A DNA stretch of 64,000 nt from Rhizophagus irregularis. Its lineage: Eukaryota. The translations under genes were made by a program, and so were the position numbers. Positions 39,076 to 55,306 of this stretch are shown here, piece after piece. Numbering within the stretch: position 1 is the stretch's first letter; each line of letters begins with the position of its first letter. The stretch covers positions 1,798,001 through 1,862,000 of the forward strand of contig NC_089436.1 in the NCBI RefSeq assembly GCF_026210795.1, given 5' to 3'. Below the pieces are notes generated by a model. The model was not told the origin of the DNA. It saw only the letters and a program-made list of their open reading frames with translations, and searched no databases.

Positions 39076-42000
39076 ATGGACGCTGACGAGAATTCGTCAA
39101 CAAAAAGCAAAGATAGTTCAACGTCGATACTGCGTAGTGTATCCATTAGAAAACCTAGGAGAGGTACATTAAGTGGTGGCGATGGTACTTCAAGTACTAC
39201 CAAAAAAATTGCAACTGCTATCAACCAGATAGTAAAAAGACGTGCTTCAGTTTCAACTCCGAGTCAACCAAAAGATTTGGCTGGAATAAGTATACCCCGT
39301 CCTGAAATATTAACCCGAAACACACCACAAGCAAGCCCTAGTACTTCACAGCATTTACAAACACAAGTACACAAGTCACAACAAATACAGCAACAACAGG
39401 TTCAACAACAAGATCAAGAACAACGACAGTCACAAGGAATTATTAATATAATAAGAAATAAACCACCTCGCCCACTTAGTTCGCATAGTACCCATAATAT
39501 ATCAGTATCACCTACACATCCTTCTTTTCCGTTATCTGTTACTAATGAAGAAGACTCTTCTGTAGTTAAGTCTATTGATGTTATTAGTGAATCAACTAAT
39601 AATAGTGATAAGCCTCCTTCACAAAGGAAAATGAATTCATCGTTATTTACAAGAGATAATAAGAATGTACCTAAAGATGATCGAATGGAAAAATTGCTTA
39701 AGAAAGCAAAAAACTTTCTAGATCATAAACAAAGGTCAAAAGCAAGAATTACTTCTTTATGGAATTTTATCGGTGAGTACATCTTAAGATGGACTTTATT
39801 TTTATTTATTGTTTTAATATATACTAATTGTTAGACTTCTATTTCAACAGTTACTTTTATTTAATTCTAATTATTTAATAATTTTTTTTGTAACTTCTTT
39901 TTTAAATAATGTAAATTAAGATGTTACGAATGAATTGGATCAAGCTCAATTCTTTCAACAACATGCTGAAGATGTTTTCGATGTACTTTACAAGTCATTT
40001 ATGGGCCAAGTCGATAAAATAAAACGTGAGAAAAAATTTATTGTTTGAATTATAAAAAGGCTTTAAGAAATTTATTTTAGAAAATTGTATTTACAGAAAA
40101 ATCGGAACGTCCAATGTCATTTTCATCAAAAGAATTTTTAAATATAAATAAGACGCTACTTTTATTACGAAAAGTCTTCTTATTTTTACCAGATCGAATA
40201 AGGAGTGGATGGCAGCGTGGAAAAATAGGTATTTTAGCGATTTTATCAATTTTATAATTATCTGAAAGTTTGCAAAATATTAATTTATTTTAATGAATTT
40301 TAAAAGCTGAAATGTTAAAGCATCTTCTCGATCATGGAAACCATCATCGAGTTCGAATACAAGGATTTCAACTTTTGCTATTATGGATCAACGATCAAAC
40401 AATAGAACTTACAGAATGTGTGAATTTATATGCAAATGCTATTTCTTTGGATTTATTCCTTCATGATCAAATAAGAATTGGTAGTGATGATTATCAAGTG
40501 AAAGAAAGTACGTGGAGGAAATTTAATAGGCCTATTTCGTTTGGACAAATATCAATTAAAGGCAAGTATAATAGGAGAACGTTAATATATTATGTTTGCT
40601 TTCGTTCTAAGATTAAGTAACTAAACCTACTAACTTACAGCTGATGATAGAGGTCCTTTGTTCCCAAATCCTCATCCACCAACATTTCATGATATATTAC
40701 AATTGATTCAGATGGATCTTGGTAGTCTTGTTAAACTAGCTCATGTTGCAGCAGGTTCAACTCCTCCTCCAGAAAATTATGAATTTCCTGTTAATGAAAA
40801 TATTGAACCAGATAATGGAATAGCTATTGGAATGGGAATTGATGCCGCGTTCGCTGCAGCAAAATTTCATTTTGAACTTACAAAAAAACAATATTTAGTA
40901 AAATTATTTCCTCAATGTGCAAAGAAACTTTACTTAATACCTGAAAATCAAGGCAATATTATGAGTCTCTTTTAAAATGTTGAATTAATTATTTATTATT
41001 TATTTTTACTGACATGTTTATATTTCATAAAGAAATTGGATTTCAAAAATGTCCGCCCTCAATACTGCGTGCATTTATTACGTTCTTGATACATCATTGT
41101 CTTGATAACAATGAGGCTATTTCCGATGCAATATCCTCGCATCCCTCACCCGCTACACCGATATTAAAGTCGATTGTATTAGGTGCAGAAAATCGAGAAT
41201 TCGCTCATGAAATTGTAAGACAAGCTCTTATGCTACCAGCTGGCAGTCCGCTGTATAAAGATATAGTTAGAGGTGCTGTTCATATTGTGGGAATTTGGAT
41301 ATTAAGTGGGGTTAGTATTGTGACATTTTCGACTTAAAAAACATATTTTTCCAAATTTGCTCTTCGTAAATTTTAGAATTTGTGATTAGAATTCAGTTTT
41401 AGTTGTTATATTGTTTGTGAATTGATATCATAGGAAGAAGAGAGACCGGTTTTTCTTCGTAAATCACCGTCTTCTCCTCAACCGTCACATTCTGCATATT
41501 CTTCGTTCTCTTCTTCTATCTTTGCATCTTCATCTTACACGTCGTTGCCATCACCAGAATATCAAAGCGAGCCATCATTTTCACCAGCTACTACTCCGTC
41601 AACTGTTTCTTTCAACTCAACGTATGCTAATGCGAATGTTTACCTTCGCAGATATATTGTATTATTAACACTCGTTTTTGAAGATCATTCTTTATTAACA
41701 AATGATGGTGGAATGGTAAATGTTGAGGTAGAAGCACAAGTTTCTATTTACCGAGATGTGCTAGCATTGTATCGCTCAATAATGGCGGAGGGCCCTATCG
41801 AATTAGAACCAGCTACATGGTAAACTATAAGATTAATGATTCTTTCTCTCTCTCTTTTTAATATAATGTAAAAATATTTAGCTAATTTGATCTTAAAATT
41901 AAGGGAAACGTTGCTTTCTTCTCTTCTGGACATACAAGAGAGGATTATGAATCAATCTAACAAATATGTACTAATATCTTCAGTTACGTTGGCTGATGAT

Positions 42001-45000
42001 CTTGCAGATTATTTAGTTGAAGTATGTGATTTTAAGTGTTTTAGAATTCATATTAAGAATCCAAAATTTATGTCGGAACTATTTATTTTAATAGACAGTA
42101 TTATATGCATTTGCTCGATCAAAAGTTCAACAACCAGAATTATGGCGTTCATTAACAAACCGAATGAGCATTAGTTTGAGATGGTCGCAAACTGTTTCAC
42201 AATGGGCGGTTAGTTGCTGATAATTTCAATTATATTTATGTATGTGAATTTTATCGCTAAATCCTAAATTTTATTTTTCAGAAAATTATGTTAAGAATGA
42301 CAAAGGTACTATCCAAGAATATTTATCATGTAGACCTCGATGCTGTTGAATTAAATCGTCGTATTTCGACAACTCCAGAGAGACATTTCCATAGACGACG
42401 TCCTTCAAAAAATCGCACCCGACATTTGTCTTTACGCGGTGCATATCGACATAAATCCTCAGGCAGTAATTCATCGCGTGAGGAAATAATGGGAACTGAT
42501 TTCTCAGTTTCTATTAAGAATGTAAATGAGAGCCGAAAATCAGGTCGCAGACCAATGAGTATCCATCAAGACATTGGCTCATTTGAATCAAAATCGCAAA
42601 CACTATTATTAAATATTGGGACAACAGTGTTCAGTGGTGGATCATCCATACATTCTGAAAGCATTGCATCTGATGATGAAGACCAAGGCGACGATGATGA
42701 TTACTTTGATGCCAGTAGTGAGGTTGCTGCGGACGACGCAGCAGAAGTGAAGGTAATCATTCTAAATTGAATTTTTCATTGTTGAACTTTGATTAATCAA
42801 TGTATATTTTCTTACGTTAGTCGAATCGAACATCATCATCATCAGTGTTTTTTGCTCAACCTAATTTTAGCGGGGATAAGCTTTCAGTATCATTGGCTAA
42901 CTTTAGGTGCCCAGATTTTATTCACATTGAGGCGTTATCATGGAGTACAGAAAATGCTCTGTTAGTATGGAAGAATTTACTTACTGCATTAGGCAATTTA
43001 AATTACATTCAGGTAAAAAATGAAGTTATACATATTTATACATTTTAAGAAAAAAAAGATTAATTTAATTTTCATTAGATCTCACCTAATCACGCCGAAG
43101 CAATAAAATGTATTGTTGATATCGTGGATATGCTTAGTTTGGTAAGTCTTTTACTGTTAAAATTTGAATCTAAGTAAATTTAAAGATTAATTTATTTATA
43201 ATAGGTTCGGAATCACCAATATGGAAGATTTTCATCGCCTTTTCTCTTCGATTTTTCACCCTGGCTATTTGAAGCTTGCAATTTACCTTTGTAAGAGAAT
43301 TATAATTATTAATATGTTGTTACGAATTTACAAACAAGGCTATTAATTATTGTAACTATCTAACAGAGCATTCGCACCAGGACGTGCATTAGCATATGCT
43401 GGATTATGCAAAATAATGTCATGTCCTCATGAAAAATTTGATGAGGAATATTATCCTCATTTTTATCGTGCTCTGTTAAAAGGGCTATCAGATCAAGATT
43501 CTTCAATAATCCTTGCAATTATTAATAATTCAACAAAGCTCTTTTCTCAAAACCTTCCTGGTTGTAATATTCTTTATTATAGCTTTATTGAGACAATTCG
43601 GAATTTGTTATCCAAACATGATTATAATAGTAATACTTCGGAGATTACAATACATAATTCTATTACTATACTATGTTCATTAATTTGTATTGTGAATCAG
43701 TTGCCTTCTCTTCAGGTTCCAGACATACCTTATAAGAATTTAGCCCAGATGAATGTGGAAGATTTAAATGAATTAAAATTTAGTAAATTAGATAGTATAA
43801 AGTATTCAGAGGTAAGTTGATCTCTAAAGAGATGACAAACATAGATCCGAAACTTATAATTTCTTTATAGTTAAGGTTAATGTTGCAAGAAACTTTATTG
43901 AGTGCACTTTCAAATGAAGAGACGATTAGCAATTATGAAACACATAATATGCTGTTATATGGATTGTGTACTCTCGCATTTGATGAACTTACGGCAACTC
44001 CTTGGTAGGTATATAATAATGTATAAATTTATAGCATTTATGATGAAATTATTTATAACTTAACTTTTTTTATGAATACATGTATATAAGGCCAGACAAA
44101 ACAATTATTAAAAGTTGTCTCCAGGCTTTATTGGAACAGTTATATTGGAGTCATTTACCAGTTGTTACTGTTGCTGCAGATTGCTTAATAACTTTTGCTC
44201 ATAATTCTTCGTTATGGAGTGATAATGATAGTGTATGTCATTTATTTATAATAATACAATTAATTAAATACTTTGTATTAATAAATATTTTTTATTTGTT
44301 TTCAAGGTATTTTTCATGATTATACAAGATGTATTTGGACATTTAATTGGATCATTGAATGAACATCTTGCATTACAAAAAGCATCACATAAAAACGGAA
44401 GAGGTGAGGAAATTTAATTTTTGGTTTGTATCTTTTTTTTTTTTAAAAAAAAATTATATTAACTTTCGATTCTTACTTGACTTAGGATTTATAATAGCCA
44501 AAATATTTTATTGTCTACTCGATTGGCTTATGATAATTCCTTCGAATCTCTTTACAGACACAGAATTATGCCAACTAGTATTTGATGCGATCGAGATGGC
44601 TTTTGAACTTTCAAATGTAAGTAACTATAACATTATTTGTTTATAAACATAAGTACTGATAGTATTAATTTAATACAATAGCTAGAATTAAATAAAATTC
44701 CGAAAAAAAAATATCCAATGTCGTTTTATAAGAATAAGGGAAAACATTTAAATAATGAATTTCCGGTAAAATTTAAAAAAGCAGAGAGAAAGGTATCATT
44801 GGATAATGTATTTGAACATGATCATAGTATTAATGTTGGATTTGATAACTCTGCTGAAGATGTAAATTTCGTCAAGGTAACTACTATTCATATCTCTTAA
44901 ACACATGTAACGTTTGAAGTTTCAATTTATGATTATAACACGGAAACACTCCACTTATTAAATTTCTTTTAATAGGAAATTGCAGAATTTGTTTTATTAC

Positions 45001-47040
45001 ATTTAACGCATCACTTAGACAATTTTTCACCAATTCATGGGCCTGCTATGATGCATAGGTATATTAAACAAAATGTTATAGTATTCTTACCGTAAGTCTA
45101 AATTTATTTATCCTTTAATTTAGCACATTGGTGGGACCTATGGGAGCTGATACAAAAGATGATGAGGCTTCAAATAATTATCATTATTTTTCATTTAACG
45201 ATACAACAATAATAACATTAGTTGAAATGCCAGGAAAAGATTCATCAGGTAATAAAATAATAAAAATTTTCTCTTAATTAATTAATAATTATTAAATAAT
45301 AAATAAAAATTTTATTGTTTTAGTATCACGAATGATAATTCGAGATTTTACAGGAAAATATTCTTGGGATTCTAAATTATTTTATGAAAATATGCACTCC
45401 ACCGAAAATAATTTAATAAAATCTAATAACATGATATGTGAAAATATGATGTTTAGATCAGACATTAAAGTGGAATCTAATTCTTCCTTGTAAGTATATT
45501 AAAACTTATATTTAATCTTCTTTATCATGTCGAATTGATAAATAATTGTTTCGAAAAAAATCTAGTGATTCGTTCGAAGATGAAAACGGATTGCCCCAAA
45601 ATTGTCGATCTGACCAAGTTAATATGTTGGATAATTTACTTCAACAGTAAGAAAACTCTTATTTATATTTGCCCCCTTTTTTTTTAAAAAAAAAGTATTA
45701 ATTTCTGGTTCTGTTATGAAAAAGTATTGATGAACAAACGTCATCTGCAACATTGAATCAAACATACCCGCCAAGTTCAACATCAGGTGATTTATTGTTG
45801 CTTGAAAAAGAATTAGATCGTCATGTTCAAGAAGAAATTCTTTATGATAAGGCTATAAACACTCAAGCGTAAGTTCAGCCAAACAATATTTCTTCAATTG
45901 CTTTAAAATTCTAATAACTTTCATTTTTATCTAGACAATCTTGGTACGACACTGTTGTTTCAGTAAGAAATAATACATTACGAGACGATAACAAAAGTTT
46001 TAATAGTCTATCGAGAAGTCCATTATATTCGCGATCAACATCACATTCATCACTTGGGGCAGATTTTTCATTATCAAAGTCATTTTTACCAGTTTTACCA
46101 CCAGTAGCTGAAAAACCTTCAGAAACATATCAACAATGTAGATTATTTTTAAGTCATTTTGGGTGGTTAACACCAGAATCATTAAATGATGGTACAATAT
46201 GTGTATTAAATAAAGGAAGTACATTATTTAGAGATATAAGATTATTAGACAAAAAACATGCAAGAGAAGTATTTAAATTTGCTTTATTATATGTTGCGCC
46301 TGGACAAGATGATGAACAAAGTATTTTACACAATACAAGTGGAAGTGAAAAATATAATGAGTTTGTACAGAGTCTTGGGTGGGAAATTGATTTAACTACA
46401 CATCCTGGATATCTTGGCGGATTAGAAAGAAATTGTTCAAATGGGTTAACTGCCGTTTATTATTGCACTTCAACCATCGAAGTAATATTTCATGATGCAA
46501 CCAAAATGCCAACTGATCCAAATGATCCAAAACAATTAAGAAAAGTAAGTATTTCAATTCCTTTATTATAAAAGTAGCTAGTTCTTTAATTTAATATGTT
46601 TCCTTTCTCATTTCTTTTAGAAACGACATATTGGAAATGATCATGTACATATCGTATGGAATGAAAATCGTAGAGATTATCGTAAAAGTACAATAGGAGG
46701 AGATTTTGGTAATGTACAAATAGTAATATCACCATTACCCAATGAATTATATAGCGTGGATATATATAGAGATTCAAAAATACCACCGTTTGGACCTTTA
46801 TTGCATGGTATGGTAATATCACGTAATGTATTAGGGCCATTGGTTAGAATGACAGCAATACAAGCATTTAGAAACAGTTTGCATAATATTAATAGTATTA
46901 ATTCAACTATTTATCAACATTCTTATATGGAAAGGGCTGCTGATATTCAAATGATTATGAGTAAATATAAAAATAATAATTGTAGCACCTTTGAAGCTTT
47001 TATGTCAAAAATTTTTTTTAGTGAAGATTTAACTGTATAA
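39076..47040 (+). CDS. Ral GTPase-activating protein alpha subunit-like (Rap/Ran-GAP domain), about 24 exons
   Basis: N-terminal LLDHGNHHRVRIQGFQLLLLW; IRDFTGKYSWD; C-terminal GAP domain KFALLYVAPGQ..FVQSLGWEIDL..HPGYLGGL..EVIFHDATKM..KKRHIGNDHVHIVW..GDFGNVQIVI..PFGPL. Confidence 0.85.
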
Positions 47041-47829
47041 TAATAATTTTCTTAATTTTCTTTGAGATTTTAATTTACATTATATGAAAATTTGAAAAAG
47101 TGATATTTTTTAAATTACATTTACTATATATAATAAATAATTTTTTAGCTTATTTTTAGCTTATTTACTTTTTAATTCTGATTTTTCCAAAAAAAAAATG
47201 CAATAAAACAATAATGAATTATTAATTATAATAAAAGCATTTTATACCTATATTTTTTTTCAATTTATTAGATGTTTAATTAGTAACTAAAAACTAATTA
47301 AAAATATTTAATATAATTTAATATATACTTTATTGGATCAGAATTATTAAACTAATTATTACAAATTAAAATAAAAAATATTTTTATTTTATTTTATTTA
47401 AACTTCTACTACTTTAATTTTTAATTCTATTTTTTTTTTGATTATTATTTTTATATTATTATTATTATTTTCATTATTACCACCCAAATATTTATAAATT
47501 AAATATACCTAATAAAAAAAAAATAAAAAGATTAATAAAACAATAATTATAACTATAAATTATTTATAATGTTTTGAATTTGATTCTATATTTTTAAATT
47601 AAAAATTATAAATTAATATGAATTAAAAAAACAAAATTTTTTTTACCAATATTAAAAACGTACTTACAGTTTAACAACTTTATACAAATCACTTTATAAT
47701 AAATAATAATTATATATCTATGAAAATGGTTATGATTTTTGAATTGATTCTGTAACAAAGTTATAGTTTTAATTAATATAAATCAAAAAGAAAAAAAATT
47801 TCTTACAATATTTAGAAAAACAAGCTTAC

Positions 47830-50800
47830 CATATGGTTCAACAACTTTATACAAGTCAATATATCCTTTTAGCTCTTTAATATCAATTCCAATATTAGTT
47901 AACTAGAAAAAAATAATAACTACGTTAATTAAATCAACTTAACAATATATTGTCAAAATTTTATTATTGTATAAACCTCTTTTCCAAATTTCTTTACATC
48001 CAATAAGTATTGTAATCGAATTTTATCTTCATCACTCATAACAGTAGAATCTTCTACTCCATTATCGCCTGAATCAGAAAACAAAGAAACAAGACCTCCT
48101 CTCGTTGTTTGTCCTTTTTTTAATCTTTTCATTTTCATAATTTTTGAACTCTCCTCAGTTTTTTTCAAATTTGTAAGATACTCATATAATATTGTATAAT
48201 ATCTAATGTACAATAATTTATTAGTTTATAAAGTAAAATATTGTGTAAAAGAAAAAAATCAAATTATTTACCTTACTGCAACAGCATCCCCCACTATAGA
48301 GCTCCACTCTTTTCGTCTTTTATCACTTAAGTATAGTTTATTAGAATCATAAAATGCAGCTAATGGTTTCATAATATGCGGAACAAAGTAAGAAGATTCC
48401 GTAGGTGGTTTTGTATTAGGTTGTCGATATTGTGTTATAATACTACGAACATGTCGTAATGCTTCTGTACACCTCTTTGTAAGAATTGTTGAGATCTTTT
48501 GACTTAAATCCGGTAAATCAGATTGCAAAGAAGAAAGTGAATTTGAAATACTCTCTATTATAAAAAAATACTATTTAGTTTTGTTGTAATAGATAAGAAA
48601 GGGAATCAAATTATAATTTACCTTCAATTATGGGTTGATTTATCATGGACTCGGGCAATTTGATTATAATATGTTCACGATATATCTCTTTAATCTTTAC
48701 CATAAAATAATTATTAATAATTTCAAACTTCTAATTTCTAAATACATTTAACTCTTCATAAGACCATGTTTACCTTAGTAGTTATATTCTCAACATCATG
48801 TGACACTATAACCAAATTTCTTAATACTTGTTCATCTGATGCATCATTATTTGGTGAGCTTTGCACTGGGCTCCCAGATCTTCTATTTCCAGATCCGCTA
48901 GATGGTCTTAATGCTGGTGAATTCATCTATATTTGATAAATAATGAATTAAAATAAAAAAGTCATAATATTAGAAATAAGTTAAATACTTACTAATTTAT
49001 CATGAACATGATTATTTGTTTCAACTAACTCCGTTAACGTTGATGTAAGCCACTTCTTATATCTTTCTATTAACTGTGCAAAAAATGAGTATTATATATT
49101 ATAATAGTAAATTCCTTAAATCATTCTAAATACAATGTTTACCTGTAAGGTTAATTTCCAGAACCTATGTGAAAGTCCATATATGAATACTTCTTCAGAC
49201 CAACATCTTTCTATTGCCAATATAGTGGATTTACTAGCCGGTAATTTTAAGGACGTTGGATCTAATATTATCATCATAATTTATTAAATATATTATAAAA
49301 TTTAAAAATATAAATGAAAAGTAATATATTGCTTATTTACATTGTGTGTCATTATTGCTGTTATCTATTGACAATACATTTAGTGCTAGAGTTCCCTCGA
49401 TTTGATTTGAAATCTCCTTGAACCTTTGGATTAAAGGAGATAACTATTTAGTAAACTCAAATTAGGGGGAAAAAAATGAAACATCAAAATAAACCAAATT
49501 TTTCATCCACAAACCTCAAAAAACTCACCGTAATTGAAAATATACTGATAACTGCCATCTTTTCATAAATTCCATGTACGTAGAATGATTTCTCAAATAT
49601 AATAAAGATTTCTTAGAATAACATATATTTTCAATACTTGAAACAAAATTCATTGATATTGAATAATTCTATATTTGAATAATGAATAAATTTAGTATTA
49701 TAAGAAAATAAATTTTTTTGCTAGAAAAATTACCTTATGAAACATATTTGGATTTCCAAGATTAAATATAAATGATATCCTTTTATTCACTGCATCTACA
49801 ACTTCAGTCCATATAGAATTCACCAAAATTTCAAAACTAGTTCCCCTTAAAACCTTTCTTGTGATTTCAAGCAGAATGTTACAATCATTATTAATAAATT
49901 GCAATATCTTAGTATACATAAGAGCTAAAGAATCTTTTGAATAAGATGCCATCATACGAGGTTTCATTGATTTTCCAGCAGATGAACGTGATGCAATTAC
50001 AATAGAGGGTGCAATTTGTTGTGGATTTTCAAGTACAGACTGCTTAACTGTCTAAGTCGATAAAAAGAATAAATAATAATATTATAGCTTATAGTAAAAA
50101 AAAGGAATTAAAAATAATATATACCTCTTGAATAAAAGGGGCAACCAACTCTTCTCTAATCACTTCCTCTGCGGACATTGTTTGGTCAATCAAAGCATAA
50201 GTTCTAAGAATTTGAGTTAATGTCTCCTTGGACGCATTTGATTGATCCTTTATAGTCTGCAAAGCTGATCGAAGCGCTGAAGAAAGATTTGTACGAAGAG
50301 TATTTTTGATCCTTGTAATCCTCTAAAATAATTTTTTTTTTTTAATAAAATTTAAAAAAAAAATGATAAATATAAATTCCTTACATACCCAATCAATATT
50401 TTCTACAAAGGGTAAACCTTTTCCTTTATTAACCAAATATTGCATCTGATTATATTCGATGGCAACACGTTCAATTTGTTTCGCGTTATTTCCACTAATA
50501 AATCAAATAAACAGAAAAATAACTGTTATCGATAAGAATGAATTAAAAAATTAAATACAATACATGTGAAATAATGAATTAGAAAAAAATACCTATCATC
50601 TTTTGATACTAGTGAAGAACTAGTCTCACTACTAATTAACAATAAACTTTCAACTTTTCGCACAGATTCATGAATATTAATAAGAAGTTGCAAAGAAGCC
50701 TTCTTTTCACGTATAGATGTTCGATGAGCCAGTTGATTTTCCAATGAATCGACAACCCCTTGAAATGTTATTCGAACCCCCTACAAATAAAGTTAATAAA

Positions 50801-51265
50801 TTGTGAATCATCTTCGAATCCTTCACAATTTCCAATTTCGTATCATACCTCAACTTCTTCTCTCATTTTACCCAAAGGCCTAGCAACTTCTTCAATGACT
50901 TTATCAACCCCCTTTAAATTTGTTGATAAATCAACAAAACTACTATAATCCCTATTAATCATTTCTACTAAGTCGCTCTTCAAACTTTTCAAATGTATAA
51001 TCAACTCTTTCTTCAATTCATCTAAAGGTAAATGACGTCTTCTAGCTAAAAAGTTATCAGCATTAAATTCGGGTGTGGAGAACATTTCTCTATTTAATGG
51101 CAAAGGAAATGGTAAAGGAGTTTTCGTGTTTTCTGTAGGTGAAGAAAAATTCGGCCATGATTTTTGTTCTGATGTTGTGTATATGGTTAGTACTGGTGTG
51201 CGTGAAGTATGGATCGCAGGTTTTTCTTCAGTTTCTGAGGAGGTTGTCGATTCCGGAGTAACCAT
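47830..51265 (-). CDS. COG2: Conserved oligomeric Golgi complex subunit 2 (final exon below 47830 uncertain)
   Basis: FNADNFLARRRHLPLDELKKEL..LVEMINRDYSSFVDLSTNL, FNLGNPNMFH, RWQLSVYFQL, HRFWKLTLQ, L..LKKTEES, MSDEDKIRLQYLLDV. Confidence 0.9.
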
Positions 51266-51519
51266 TTTTTTTTTAAAAAAAAAAGGAAGAATCTTTCGTT
51301 TCGAAAACGTGGTAAATTTATACTAGTGATAATTTCAAGCATTATATTGATTCATTATTGAATTTTTTGACCAATTAACAATCAAAATACTGTAATAGCA
51401 GTCACATGATTTTTAAGATATTGATAATTTGCGATAATTTTTTTATTTTTTTGGCTTTTTGTTTATGTTTTGGTTTTTTTTTTCTTTTTTTTTTTTTGAG
51501 AAAAATAAATTCTTGAAAA

Positions 51520-53085
<1,566 letters not shown>

Positions 53086-53574
53086 TATGTATATATATTA
53101 TATTTCAAAAAATAGTGTATAGAATTATTATTTATTAGGCCAATTTTATGTTTATTATAAAAGATCGAAAAAGTTTTTACCTGGGTTTACATCCCAAGTA
53201 TGTAAATATGTAAACCATTTTATACCTGACAGTTAAATCCTTTTAAGACAGTAGTAGTTAAGTAGTAAAGTAGTAAATAAAGGAACTTTAAAATTCTAAC
53301 TTATTGCAATTGTTCAGATCTGAAGTAAAAAAAACCACTTATTACCATTATAAAATGTATTTATATTTCATTTATTAAAAGCAATAGTATTAATATTACC
53401 TAATGTTTCAGTAACTTTATTCGAAAATAGTTCATATTTCATTTTATAATTTGCTACAATGAGAATTATTTAGCATATTATTTAATTAACTAATGGCAAA
53501 ATGTTATAAAAGTGATTAATTCTACTGTAAATATTAAGATAATTTATTGACGAAAAATAGGAGATATGATGATT

Positions 53575-53859
53575 TTATGAAGTATTAGATCTACGTGGTT
53601 TAGGATTAAGGTCCGTTACATGTGAGATATTAACTTGTGCTCTACCAGCAGATCCACCTACGTTAAAATTCTTAATGTAAGTAAAAGATAATTTCTAAAT
53701 ATATTAGTTACAAACATACAAACCTTCTTTAGGTTTCCCCTCTTCATTTTTATTTTTTAATCGTTCCTCTTCTCTTTTTTCAACTTTTTCAAGTGATGGT
53801 TTTTCATATTTTGTATCATGTGGAATTATTTTATTATCTTTGGTAATAGTACGATCCAT
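53575..53859 (-). CDS. Small hydrophilic hypothetical protein (possibly SMP/LEA-like), 2 exons
   Basis: MDRTITKDNKIIPHDTKYEKPSLEKVEKREEERLKNKNEEGKPKE|GGSAGRAQ... joined by a GT-AG intron at about 53658-53723. Confidence 0.4.
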
Positions 53860-54234
53860 GTTTTAAATTGTATTATAATTTTTTTACTGAATAAATAAGT
53901 TTTTTTTTCTCGTTTTTTCAGAATTTTTCAAATGAATTTTTTTTTGGAGACGAAGTTGTCGCTTATTTATTAATTTCTTAGGATCATTATGATCTAATAT
54001 TGACGTTATTATTAATATGATCATTGTGACGTTTTTGACATTTTTTAAAAAAATCGATCTAATCCATAAATAGCAGTACATCTGTACATGTTTTCCTTTT
54101 TGGAATAATAAATAAATATAAAATATCTTTTTTATTTATAAATAATTGATAAATATAATACATTGTAATATTACATAATTATATGAATAAAATAAGAGAT
54201 GTCGATGCTATTGATAATTTAATTAAAATTTAAT

Positions 54235-54676
54235 TTAGTGTAAAAGAGAACGAAGTTTAGACTTAATGGTACGATGATGATGATTATTATTACCATGATT
54301 ATTACGATTATTATTATTATTATTATTATTGTAGTTGCGATTAGGATCTTTTCTTAGGGTATATCCGAAAAAACGACGAGTTTTTGTGTTATGAGCAGGT
54401 TGGGTTTGTTTGGTACGACCTCGTTTAAATCCACCGAATAACTAAAAAATATAATATTATTAGATTAATAATTTTTATTAAAAATATTGATTATTTTGAA
54501 TGACGAACCTTTGGATGTTTGCGAGTATTCGTAGGGCCTGTAGCGGTAGTACCAGTAGTATGATGACCTTTAGCTTTTCTTACAGGTTTCATAATAACGC
54601 GTTTTGTCTTATAATATAAGCGACGTGGTAAGGAAGTCATTCTATAAGTCTTATAAGAAGTTCTGGCATTAACCAT
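54235..54676 (-). CDS. Small basic hypothetical protein with an Asn repeat, 2 exons
   Basis: ORF 54676 splices in frame (AAG|GTTCGT ... TTTAG|TTA) to LFGGFKRGRTKQ...NNNNN..HHHRTIKSKLRSLLH*. Confidence 0.6.
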
Positions 54677-55151
54677 TTTTAATTTTTAATTTAAGATTAT
54701 TTAAGAGTTCAGAAGGGATTTTTTAAGTTAAATGATGCAATTGAAGATTATTTAAGAGTTCAGAAAGAATTTTTTAAGTTAAATGATACAGAATTTTTTG
54801 TTCCAATTTATAGATTTTTTTCCTTGGATTTCCCGTTAGATGATGATGCAACAATTTCAACTATTTTGTCATGATGATGATTTTTTGAGACTGATCATAT
54901 TTTTGATGTCATAAAGTAACCACGTGCACAGTAGATCAAGATTTGTGTACTGTGGCGAAATCATAATGTCAGTACACACTTGTATTCTCATTACGTATAA
55001 TTGGGCTAATCTATGGTGGCTGCTACTTTGATTTCTTTATCGAACTCCTCGTTTCCCGGATATCTATTTTGCTGAATTGCTCTTTTAGATATTCTCTTAC
55101 ATAATTTCACAAGCATTAACCGTTGGACCTTTGTAATAAGAGTGAATATAT

Positions 55152-55306
55152 GGGAGGCGGTCAGTAGAAAAGGGGGAAATTTAAAAATTTTAAGATTTTT
55201 GGTTATTAAGCTAATTTTGTTCCCATGACCATGATTGGCAAAGTAAACTGATAAAAAAAATTTTGACCAAAATTTGGATTTCCCCCTTTTCTACTGACCA
55301 CCTCCC
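55152..55306. mobile_element. Short MITE with about 30-bp TIRs and 4-bp ATAT flanks (Sola-like)
   Basis: atat|GGGAGGCGGTCAGTAGAAAAGGGGGAAAT ... ATTTCCCCCTTTTCTACTGACCACCTCCC|atat. Confidence 0.8.
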
